From an uncultured Syntrophaceae bacterium (GTDB taxonomy: Bacteria > Desulfobacterota > Syntrophia > Syntrophales > UBA2210): a DNA stretch of 64,000 bases. Numbering within the stretch: the first letter of the stretch is position 1; each line of letters opens with the position of its first letter. Below the pieces are notes generated by a model that ran no database searches, had not been told where the DNA came from, and saw only the letters and a program-made list of their open reading frames with translations. The translations under genes were made by a program, and so were the position numbers. Shown here in pieces: positions 19,208 through 27,173 of the stretch. The DNA is taken from positions 666 to 64,665 of the forward strand of contig CAZSYH010000006.1 in NCBI GenBank assembly GCA_964610735.1, given 5' to 3'.

Positions 19208-19304
19208 GTACGATTGCCTTCTGTGATAGTGTTTAAGTTGTTTAAGTTGTAGGTATTTAGGTGTGTTAGGCTGTAAACTGACAGCCTTAAGCCTAAACAA
19301 CCTG
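19138..19304. repeat. 167-bp element with 23-bp imperfect terminal inverted repeats and internal heptamer/nonamer repeats
   Basis: CAGGTTGTTCAGGCTGAAGGCTG (19138-19160) versus the reverse complement of 19282-19304, CAGGTTGTTTAGGCTTAAGGCTG: 21/23 identical. Internal CTGAAGG and TTTAAGTTG repeats. Confidence 0.7.
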
Positions 19305-19308
19305 TTTG

Positions 19309-19749
19309 TTATTCAACATCCCAGCTTGTGATATCCTTGTTGTTTCCTTCGCCGTCCGGTTCTTCATCCGCGCCATAAGAGATAATATCATAGTCATCAT
19401 GCGTTCCGGGGCAGAGATAAATGTATTCATTGTCCCAGGGGTCTTTCGGCACTTTTCCCTTTTCCAGATATCCGCCCTCTCTCCAGTTTCCGGGGAGGGT
19501 CCCCACTTCCGGGGGTTCAACCAGTGCCTGCAGGCCCTGTTCTGTGGATGGGTAACTTCCGTTGTCCAGTTTGTACAGCTTCAGGGTTGTTTCCAGGCTC
19601 TCTATCTGTATCCTGGCTTTTGTCTGCCTTGTCTCTTCAGGCCGGCTCATTATTCTTGGAACAATCAATCCCGCAAGAATACCCAGGATCACAATCACCA
19701 CCATCAATTCAATAAGGGTAAAGCCCCGGTTGTTAAGATTTCTTCCCAT
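19309..19749 (-). CDS. gspG: Major pseudopilin GspG
   Basis: RG|[46 protein letters not shown] and SYGAD...DI. Confidence 0.97.
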   Translation of the reverse strand: MGRNLNNRGFTLIELMVVIVILGILAGLIVPRIMSRPEETRQTKARIQIESLETTLKLYKLDNGSYPSTEQGLQALVEPPEVGTLPGNWREGGYLEKGKVPKDPWDNEYIYLCPGTHDDYDIISYGADEEPDGEGNNKDITSWDVE

Positions 19750-19795
19750 GTTTATCTCCCGTTGTTTCTTATCTTCTGTCTTTCCGTTCCTATCC

Positions 19796-21022
19796 CTATT
19801 TTATCAACTGGTTCATCTCGAAGATCGGCAGGAGTATTGAGATAACAATAAAACCGACCAGCCGCCCCATGACGAGAATCATAACAGGTTCCAGCATGGA
19901 TGTCATCATTGTTATATTTGATTCTACTTCGTTTTCAAGGCTGTCCGCGATCTTGTAGAGCATTTTTTCCAGTGTTCCGCTCTGTTCGCCTGCAGATATC
20001 ATCTGAGTGACGATGGGAGGGAAGAGTCTGCTCTTCAAAAGCGTTGCAGACAGGTTCTGGCCTTCTTCAACATCCCTGGACGCCTCGGCAATGGAGTCTG
20101 CGATCAGCCTGTTGTTGACAACATTTTTGACTATGGAGAGGGCGGTCAGCATCGGGACGCCGCTTTCCAGGAGCGTGCCGAGAGTGCGGCTGAAGCGCGC
20201 CACAGCCATTTTATGGGTCAATGAGCCGAAAAGTGGCATCTTCAGCTTGATTTTGTCCCAGAGGTATTGTCCACGGATGGTCTTTGTAAACATGTATCTC
20301 AATCCAATGAAGCTTATAATGATAATAAGGACAATTGCCGTCCAGAAGGATTTTAAGAAGCCGCTTATGGAAATAAGAAAGATTGTTATTCCGGGAAGGG
20401 TCTGATGCATTTCGCTGAATATGCCGGTAATTTTTGGAACGATAAAGGTTGTCAAAAAGAAAAGGACGATGGTGCCTATAAGAAACATGAAAATGGGATA
20501 GGCGAGAGCCGCTTTTATCTTTCCCCGAAGCGCCTGCTGACTTTCATTGAAATCGGTCAGTCTTTCCAGCACAATATCGAGGGTTCCGGAGGCTTCACCC
20601 GCCCTGACCATATTTACGTAGAAGGTTGAGAAGATTGCGGGATAGCGCGAGATACTCCAGGCAAAACTGTTACCCTCATTTACATCCTCCTTTATCTGTG
20701 CCAGTGTTTTTTTCAGCCTGGGGTTTGTTATCTGGGAAATGAGCGCGGTCAGCGAAGTCACCAGAGGGAGGCTTGCTCCGAGCAAAGTGGCAAGCTGTCT
20801 TGTCATAACGGAAACTTCCTGCAGACTGATCCTCTTAAAAAGATCGCCGATCGATCTGCCGGTCGGCACTTTGTTTTCTTCTACCGACGTTTCCGTCAGG
20901 TCAATTGGGAAGATATTGGTTTCCCTCAGCTTCTGTCTTGCTGCAGAGACACTATCGGCATCGATAATGCCTTTAAGGCTTTTCCCCCTGATATCGAGGG
21001 CTTTGTATTCATAAACCGGCAT
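19796..21022 (-). CDS. gspF: Type II secretion inner membrane protein GspF
   Basis: [56 protein letters not shown] and LEP. Confidence 0.95.
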   Translation of the reverse strand: MPVYEYKALDIRGKSLKGIIDADSVSAARQKLRETNIFPIDLTETSVEENKVPTGRSIGDLFKRISLQEVSVMTRQLATLLGASLPLVTSLTALISQITNPRLKKTLAQIKEDVNEGNSFAWSISRYPAIFSTFYVNMVRAGEASGTLDIVLERLTDFNESQQALRGKIKAALAYPIFMFLIGTIVLFFLTTFIVPKITGIFSEMHQTLPGITIFLISISGFLKSFWTAIVLIIIISFIGLRYMFTKTIRGQYLWDKIKLKMPLFGSLTHKMAVARFSRTLGTLLESGVPMLTALSIVKNVVNNRLIADSIAEASRDVEEGQNLSATLLKSRLFPPIVTQMISAGEQSGTLEKMLYKIADSLENEVESNITMMTSMLEPVMILVMGRLVGFIVISILLPIFEMNQLIK

Positions 21023-21100
21023 GATTTATCACAAGTAATCGTTAACAGTGGTTAGTTCGCAGTTCACAGTTTTTTAGATGTTTTTGACTTTAAAGTAACT

Positions 21101-21202
21101 TGTCATTTCCGACCTGATCGGGAATCTAGTTTTTTGTTCATTTCCCTCTGGATTTCCGCATTTACCTGCCTGTGCGGGCAAGGCAGACGGGTGGGAATAA
21201 CA
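21101..21202. repeat. REP-like palindromic element with nested CCTGCCTG...CAGACGGG palindrome
   Basis: TGTCATTTCCG...CGGGAATCTAG ... CTGGATTTCCG...GTGGGAATAACA, with a 27-bp insert at 21165-21191 in the second arm. Confidence 0.65.
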
Positions 21203-21258
21203 AAGGCGGATATTTTTAGATTGTTACGCGGTCATCATAAATGAGGCCATGGTTAATA

Positions 21259-22797
21259 TCAAGAATTTTTGGGTTCAAAATGTTCATCTCTCAGCAGATC
21301 CTCAACAGTCTTTACCGGATTGAAGGTTATGAGAGGCACTTCAACAAAGATGGTATTCCATTCCGACATTGAACCATTCCACAGCCCCGGAAGTTCCAGG
21401 ACCTTCAAAGGTTTCCCTTCATAGGATTTACCTGAAACAATGTGGGTGTCTCTGTCAACGTATCTTTTCAGGTCGAATTTTTCCCCCCGGTAGTCTCTGA
21501 TACCACATACCAGGTCAACTGGATTGAAGTATGTGGATGATTTCCATATGGCCTTCTGCTCTTCCGATTTCGCGTCGATCTGTACCTCCTCCACAATCTG
21601 CAGCGATTGTGCCCCGTCTTTTCCCTCTACCCAGAAGGGGCCGCCTCCAGGCTCCCCTTCGTTTCTTACCATACCGCACACCCGCAGTGGGCGGTTCAGC
21701 ATACCGAAAACAAACTCTTTTTTTCGTGTGTCGGAGAATTTCTCAAAATCTGAAGGCAAAACCGCAAAGAGCTTTTTACGGCAGAAATCGGCTATCTCGG
21801 AAAATTGTTTTTCGTCCGGTTCATTCTCGTTCAGAAAACGCAGATAATGGAATATTTCTTCCTGCAGTCCTGCAAGATATCCCCCTAAGATCTTCTTATA
21901 AAGTACCGTTTCCGGCTTCAACCGGTCGGGAACAATATTGTCGATATTTTTCACGAAGATGATATCTTCCTCGATGGTGTTTAAATTCTTCAGAAGTGCT
22001 CCGTGCCCTCCGGGTCTGAACACAAGTCTGCCCGCGTTATCACGAAAGGGTTTGCCTTCAGTGTCAACCGCTATGGTGTTTGTGGACGAAAGCTGGGTGG
22101 AAAGAGAAATCTCAAACTTCATGTTATATCCGGTCTCATAATATTCCCTTATACTCGAGATATAGTCTTCGACATCAGACTTGTGTTCCTCGGAGACGGT
22201 GATATGTATCCGGCAGATGTGACTGTGATCCTGCACGTACATGGTGGCCTCAACCAGGTGCTCTTCGAGAGATGTGCGATTGCGGTCTGGATATGCGTGA
22301 AACTTGAGGAGAGCCTTGGGCAGATGCGCGTAGTTTAGTCCTTTTGATGTGAGGATATATTCCAGTATTTCGGAGATATTTCCCCGCAGGATATCGTGGA
22401 TGTTCCGACCGTCGCGTGAGATGATATCTGACAGGTCATCGTAGAAGGCGAATCTGATGATCTCGTTTTTAAGGATTTCGGCTTCTTTTGTATCATTGAA
22501 GCCTTCCATTTCATAATAGCTGAACCAGCTGCGAAACATGCGACTGGCGGCACCGGAAGCGGGTACGAACTTTGTCATTTTCCCCTTTGCGGCAAACCTG
22601 TTATGCCTGAATATCAGGGCTTCTCTGTCTGAATCGGGAATAACAATTATCCCGTCACCGATTGAACAGGGCCTGTCAAGTTTAAGTGGAATCGTTTCAC
22701 TGTGGAGAATCTCAAGCTGAGAAGACAGCTCTTTCACAGTTAATCCTTCCTTACTGATTGACTCCAGATCGCTTTCTGTGAATAGATTTTCTGACAT
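21259..22797 (-). CDS. DUF4301 family protein
   Basis: KFVPASGAASRMF, PKALLKFH, FRPGGHGALL, FVKNIDN, RPLRVCGMVRNEGEPGGGPFW and LELPGLWNGSM. Confidence 0.9.
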   Translation of the reverse strand: MSENLFTESDLESISKEGLTVKELSSQLEILHSETIPLKLDRPCSIGDGIIVIPDSDREALIFRHNRFAAKGKMTKFVPASGAASRMFRSWFSYYEMEGFNDTKEAEILKNEIIRFAFYDDLSDIISRDGRNIHDILRGNISEILEYILTSKGLNYAHLPKALLKFHAYPDRNRTSLEEHLVEATMYVQDHSHICRIHITVSEEHKSDVEDYISSIREYYETGYNMKFEISLSTQLSSTNTIAVDTEGKPFRDNAGRLVFRPGGHGALLKNLNTIEEDIIFVKNIDNIVPDRLKPETVLYKKILGGYLAGLQEEIFHYLRFLNENEPDEKQFSEIADFCRKKLFAVLPSDFEKFSDTRKKEFVFGMLNRPLRVCGMVRNEGEPGGGPFWVEGKDGAQSLQIVEEVQIDAKSEEQKAIWKSSTYFNPVDLVCGIRDYRGEKFDLKRYVDRDTHIVSGKSYEGKPLKVLELPGLWNGSMSEWNTIFVEVPLITFNPVKTVEDLLRDEHFEPKNS

Positions 22798-22993
22798 TTG
22801 CGGCTCCGTGGGGGCGTTTTTTGTGATGTAACTGCCTGGGCAGTATATCTGATGTAAGAGAGAAAAACAAACAAAGCGGACGTGACAGGTCCAAATATAA
22901 TGATTTATGCAGTACGCTTATTCCTTGACAACTACCCCCTTTTTACTTTAGGTATCTAACAACATACAATGTTACGAGGAGAGGGGGAATATT

Positions 22994-24076
22994 ATGGCAA
23001 AGATAGATGCTTTCTTTAAATTGATGAATGAACAGGGCGCGTCAGATCTGCATCTCGTTGCCGGGCAGCAACCTGCCCTGAGGATCAGGGGTGAGATAGA
23101 ACGGGTAAAATACTCTCCTCTGGAGAGTGATGACCTGAGGTCCATGCTGTATGAGATAACACCGGAACATAAGATCAAGCAGTTTGAAGAGACAGGTGAT
23201 GTTGATTTTGCGTATGAGATACCAGGCCTTGCAAGATATCGCGCAAATTTCTTCCAACAGAAAGTGGGTGTGGCGGCCGTGTTCAGGGAGATTCCCAGTA
23301 AGATCCTTACAACGGCACAGTTGGGCCTTCCTCCGGTTACCGCCAAGTTAGCGTCGCTTCCGAGGGGACTTGTCCTTGTTACCGGACCGACCGGGAGCGG
23401 TAAATCCACAACACTGGCAGCCATTATTAATGAGGCGAATTGCACGCGTAAGGACCATATCATCACCATTGAGGACCCTATTGAATTTGTTCATGAGAGT
23501 AAAGAGTGCATCGTCAATCAGAGAGAGGTGGGGCTGCACACTAACTCCTTCGCCTCCGCCCTTCGTGGCGCCCTTAGGGAGGACCCCGATATCATACTGG
23601 TGGGCGAGTTGAGAGACCTTGAGACGATTTCCCTTGCCGTTGAAGCTGCATCGACCGGGCACCTCGTATTTGGAACCGTTCATACGTCGAGTGCGGCGAA
23701 GACGATAGATCGCCTTATAGAGGTATTTCCTTCCAGCGAGCAGATGCAGATCAGGTCAACCCTGGCGGATGGAATACGCGCTGTCCTGGCCCAAGTCCTC
23801 TTCAAACGCGTGGATAAACAGGGTCGCTGCGCGGCGCTTGAGATAATGATTGCCACTCCGGCGGTACGCAACCTTATACGGGAGAGCAAAACATTTCAGA
23901 TTCCCTCCATGATACAAACTGGCAAGAAATATGGGATGCAGCTGTTGGATGATTCTATTATGGATCTTCTGCACAGGGGGTTGATAAGCGCCGAAGAGGC
24001 TTATGTCAAGTCCAATGACAAGATAAAATTCAGAGGTTTTTTAAAGACACCCCCGGTTGACTTTACGGAGGTGTAA
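22994..24076 (+). CDS. pilT: Type IV pilus retraction ATPase PilT
   Basis: ASDLHL, GPTGSGKSTT, TIEDPIE, LREDPDIILVGELRD, GHLVFGTVHT and AVRNLIRE motif. Confidence 0.92.
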   Translation: MAKIDAFFKLMNEQGASDLHLVAGQQPALRIRGEIERVKYSPLESDDLRSMLYEITPEHKIKQFEETGDVDFAYEIPGLARYRANFFQQKVGVAAVFREIPSKILTTAQLGLPPVTAKLASLPRGLVLVTGPTGSGKSTTLAAIINEANCTRKDHIITIEDPIEFVHESKECIVNQREVGLHTNSFASALRGALREDPDIILVGELRDLETISLAVEAASTGHLVFGTVHTSSAAKTIDRLIEVFPSSEQMQIRSTLADGIRAVLAQVLFKRVDKQGRCAALEIMIATPAVRNLIRESKTFQIPSMIQTGKKYGMQLLDDSIMDLLHRGLISAEEAYVKSNDKIKFRGFLKTPPVDFTEV

Positions 24077-24127
24077 GAATGCTTCGGGTTATTCATTCGA
24101 GGGTGTTTGATTAAGGGGGAGATTGCC

Positions 24128-25300
24128 ATGAGAAAGCAGGAGATTGATTACATACTTGACCGTATGCTTAATTCCCGTGAGGATATCTCCGATCTGAATA
24201 TCACGGTGGGGAGACCTCTACAGGTGGAAAGCTCCGGTCAGTTAATGCCCGTTGGTATGGATTTTTTCCCTTCCGAGCTCACTCCTTTTCAGGCGGAGAT
24301 ATTCGCGTTAAATCTTATAAATCGGGATCGTAAACTCATGCGAACCCTGGTCGAGGATGGCTCCTGTGATGCCTCTTACGAACTGCCCGGCAAGGCACGA
24401 TTCAGGGTCAACATATTTTCCCAGGGTGGGAACTACGCCACTGTTCTCAGAAAGCTGGAGGACCAGATTCCTACTTGCAGGGGATTAAACCTCCCGAAAG
24501 TGCTTTACGAAATCCCGGAGGAGAAAAACGGACTCGTAGTATTCGCCGGCGCGACCGGAACAGGGAAAACCACATCGCTTGCAGCCATCTTGAACGAGAT
24601 AAACGAGAAGCTGTCTGTTCACGTCATAACGCTCGAAGATCCTGTGGAATACAAACACCCACACAATAGGGCAACCTTCAATCAACGGGAGCTTGGTGTT
24701 GATTTTGTCAGTTTTGCGAGCGGACTTCGTGCCGCATTAAGACAGGCGCCCAAGGTTATCCTTGTTGGAGAGATACGTGACAGGGAAACTATGGAGATCG
24801 GCCTCAGCGCCGCTGAAACCGGGCATCTTGTCTTCAGTTCTCTCCATACGGTGAATGCAGGGCAGACGATCAACCGTATTATAGGTATGTTTCCCCAAGA
24901 GGAAGAGATCCAAATCAGGGCGCGTCTGGCCGACACTGTTCGCTGGATCGTGTGCCAGAGGCTTCTTCCACGGATAGGGGGGGGGAGAGCTGCCGCCTTT
25001 GAGATCCTGAAAACAAATCTGCGGATCAAGGAAGCCATCCTTCATGGAGAAAAGGAGGGGAGCACCTTTCAGGAGATTGTAGAGGCGGGACAGGCTTTCG
25101 GCATGACAACTTTTGATAATTATATCATCGGTTTGTACAGGGACAGGGCCATCACGGAGGAAACTGCCCTTTCGTACGCGACGACAAAAGGAGCCGTGGG
25201 GCGCGGGATCGATTCGATCAAGAGTGAAAAGGGTGAGACCACGACGGGGATAGAAGGTCTTGAGGTGGACTGGACTGGTAGGGGAGGGCTACATGGATGA
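24128..25300 (+). CDS. PilT/PilU-family ATPase
   Basis: RFRVNIF, GATGTGKTT, LEDPVE, LRQAPKVILVGEIRD and GHLVFSSLHT; lacks a clean AIRNLIRE motif. Confidence 0.88.
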   Translation: MRKQEIDYILDRMLNSREDISDLNITVGRPLQVESSGQLMPVGMDFFPSELTPFQAEIFALNLINRDRKLMRTLVEDGSCDASYELPGKARFRVNIFSQGGNYATVLRKLEDQIPTCRGLNLPKVLYEIPEEKNGLVVFAGATGTGKTTSLAAILNEINEKLSVHVITLEDPVEYKHPHNRATFNQRELGVDFVSFASGLRAALRQAPKVILVGEIRDRETMEIGLSAAETGHLVFSSLHTVNAGQTINRIIGMFPQEEEIQIRARLADTVRWIVCQRLLPRIGGGRAAAFEILKTNLRIKEAILHGEKEGSTFQEIVEAGQAFGMTTFDNYIIGLYRDRAITEETALSYATTKGAVGRGIDSIKSEKGETTTGIEGLEVDWTGRGGLHG

Positions 25301-25811
25301 CAAGAAGAAAATGCTCATGAATGAGATAGGATCCGAGTCATACAACGCACTTGATAAACCCTTCGATTTTGTTGAAGAGGGGGGGAAGACGGCCCTTATC
25401 TGTGAATATGATGGTACTGTCATGGAAAATCTCGGTACTGTTCTGGAAAAGATGGGGTATTACGTTACGAAGTCAGCCGCCGCTCCTGATGCCCTGAAGA
25501 GTATGCGATTTCATCTGTATGACCTGATTGTGGTGGATGAGACTTTCGATGAGAGAGGCTCGGATGAGGGCGGTGTTCTGGAATATATCCGACATCTTCC
25601 CATGGGTGTACGGAGGAATATTTTTGCAGTGCTGCTCAGTGCAACCGTCCGCACAATGGACAACATGGCCGCTTTCGGAAAGAGCGTCAATCTTGTCATC
25701 AACCTGGAAAATATCAGCGATGCAGGTGTTATAATAGAGCGTGGCATTGCCGATAATGAAGCCTTTTACGGCGCCTTTAAAGATGCTCTGAAGAAGGCAG
25801 GGCGTGATTAA
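25293..25811 (+). CDS. Receiver-like (probably atypical) domain protein
   Basis: ALICEYD...YDLIVVDE CheY-like pattern; translationally coupled to the pilT-like gene. Confidence 0.65.
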   Translation: MDDKKKMLMNEIGSESYNALDKPFDFVEEGGKTALICEYDGTVMENLGTVLEKMGYYVTKSAAAPDALKSMRFHLYDLIVVDETFDERGSDEGGVLEYIRHLPMGVRRNIFAVLLSATVRTMDNMAAFGKSVNLVINLENISDAGVIIERGIADNEAFYGAFKDALKKAGRD

Positions 25812-25917
25812 TTTTGTTGATTAATGGTTTTTCCGCATGCTTTGATCTTGAACGAAAACCATCATAACTCAACGGAACCATGTGTAACCGGTAACTGTAA
25901 ACCGTCTTTTGAGAAGC

Positions 25918-26535
25918 TCATTTCCGGGTGGATGCCAGGTATCCCTTTGCTAGAGAAGTGTTCACGTGAATAACCCCCCTGTTCATATCTTTCATCGGGT
26001 AGTCTTCTGTGATTTCTGGGAGGGTGTCCGCGTCTTCCTGTGTCTTTATTATCGAACCGGCCGGTATGTAGCGGTGATCCGGTACGGTTACGCTCATAAG
26101 GAGGCAACCGGGTTCTATAACGCACCCACTTCCCACCAGGGATTTAAAGACGAGGGTTTTCATGCCGACAAAGGTATCATTATGCACCACGGCCGGGCCA
26201 TGTATCTGAACCTGATGGGCGAGCGAAACCCTTTTCCCCACATAGACGGCATATTTCTTTCCATTGACTGTGTACAGGTTTTCTTCAACCGATTTTCCAT
26301 TCATCTCTGTTTCAAGCGCGTGTATGACGACCCCGTCCTGAACATTTGAATCATCACCTATGAACAGGGGTTGCCCTTCGTCACCGCGAATGGATGCCAT
26401 CGGTGAGACCATTACTTTCTTGCCGAGAATGACTCTGCCTATGACCGAGGCCAGTGGATGGACATAGGCTGAGGGATCAATCTCCGGTTGTGATACCTCG
26501 GCGTTGAAATTCGTCAGTGCATTTTCCCCTACCAT
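25918..26535 (-). CDS. Gamma-class carbonic anhydrase, Cam type
   Basis: Left-handed beta-helix hexapeptides; RGDEG, NVQDGVVIHALE, LAHQVQIHGP (three Zn His) and C-terminal VIHVN. Confidence 0.88.
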   Translation of the reverse strand: MVGENALTNFNAEVSQPEIDPSAYVHPLASVIGRVILGKKVMVSPMASIRGDEGQPLFIGDDSNVQDGVVIHALETEMNGKSVEENLYTVNGKKYAVYVGKRVSLAHQVQIHGPAVVHNDTFVGMKTLVFKSLVGSGCVIEPGCLLMSVTVPDHRYIPAGSIIKTQEDADTLPEITEDYPMKDMNRGVIHVNTSLAKGYLASTRK

Positions 26536-26546
26536 TTTTCATCTCC

Positions 26547-27143
26547 CTATTTAAGGATTTCCTTCCACACCCTGTCAACGATTGCTTCCGTTTCTTCCGG
26601 GGTGCCTTCGTTGTTTATTACAAAGTCGGCAAATGGAATCTTCTCATCCACAGGCATCTGAGACCTGATGCGATCTTCAGCCTCTTCGTAACTGCAGACG
26701 TTTCTTTCCATGATCCTTTCTGCCTGCACAGTGGGTGATGTGTAAACAAGAATCACCATATCCACCGCTCTGTGCCAGCCCACCTCTATAAGCAAGGGGA
26801 TGTCTGATATTATTATGGCTTTTTCATCCCTGCTTCCGATATCGTCGAACCTGCGCCGCCATTCATCAAATACGGTGGGATGTACGATGCTGTTCAGTTT
26901 TTCCAATTTCTCGTTGTCCCGGAACACGATTCCGCCCAGCACTTCCCTGCTTATCCTGTCGTCTTTGTCCAAGATTTTCCTTCCGAAGTGTTCGACAATC
27001 CTGTCCCAGACCATGCCGCCCGGTTCTTCCACTATGTGCGCAAGGACATCAACGTCGATAATATAAGCGCCTCTCTTCTGGAACAGTTTAGCGACGGTTG
27101 ATTTTCCGCTGCCTATCCCGCCTGTCAATCCAATGTTTATCAT
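26547..27143 (-). CDS. coaE: Dephospho-CoA kinase
   Basis: IGLTGGIGSGKSTV, LNSIVHP, DIPLLIE, RIRSQM and ADFVINNEG. Confidence 0.95.
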   Translation of the reverse strand: MINIGLTGGIGSGKSTVAKLFQKRGAYIIDVDVLAHIVEEPGGMVWDRIVEHFGRKILDKDDRISREVLGGIVFRDNEKLEKLNSIVHPTVFDEWRRRFDDIGSRDEKAIIISDIPLLIEVGWHRAVDMVILVYTSPTVQAERIMERNVCSYEEAEDRIRSQMPVDEKIPFADFVINNEGTPEETEAIVDRVWKEILK

Positions 27144-27173
27144 GAATGTCTCCGAAAAATTCCTTTCCAGACC

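Noticed and set aside
19180-19235. Remnant of a four-helix-bundle gene inside the gspG-gspH element (minus-strand peptide ITEGNRTWSYETQ)
   Set aside because: The similarity to NIAEG...ETQ is too short to distinguish from chance.
19855-19870. Arg in the last TM of GspF (VMGRLVGF) as sign of T2SS decay
   Set aside because: It is a single substitution in an otherwise intact gene cluster, which is insufficient evidence.
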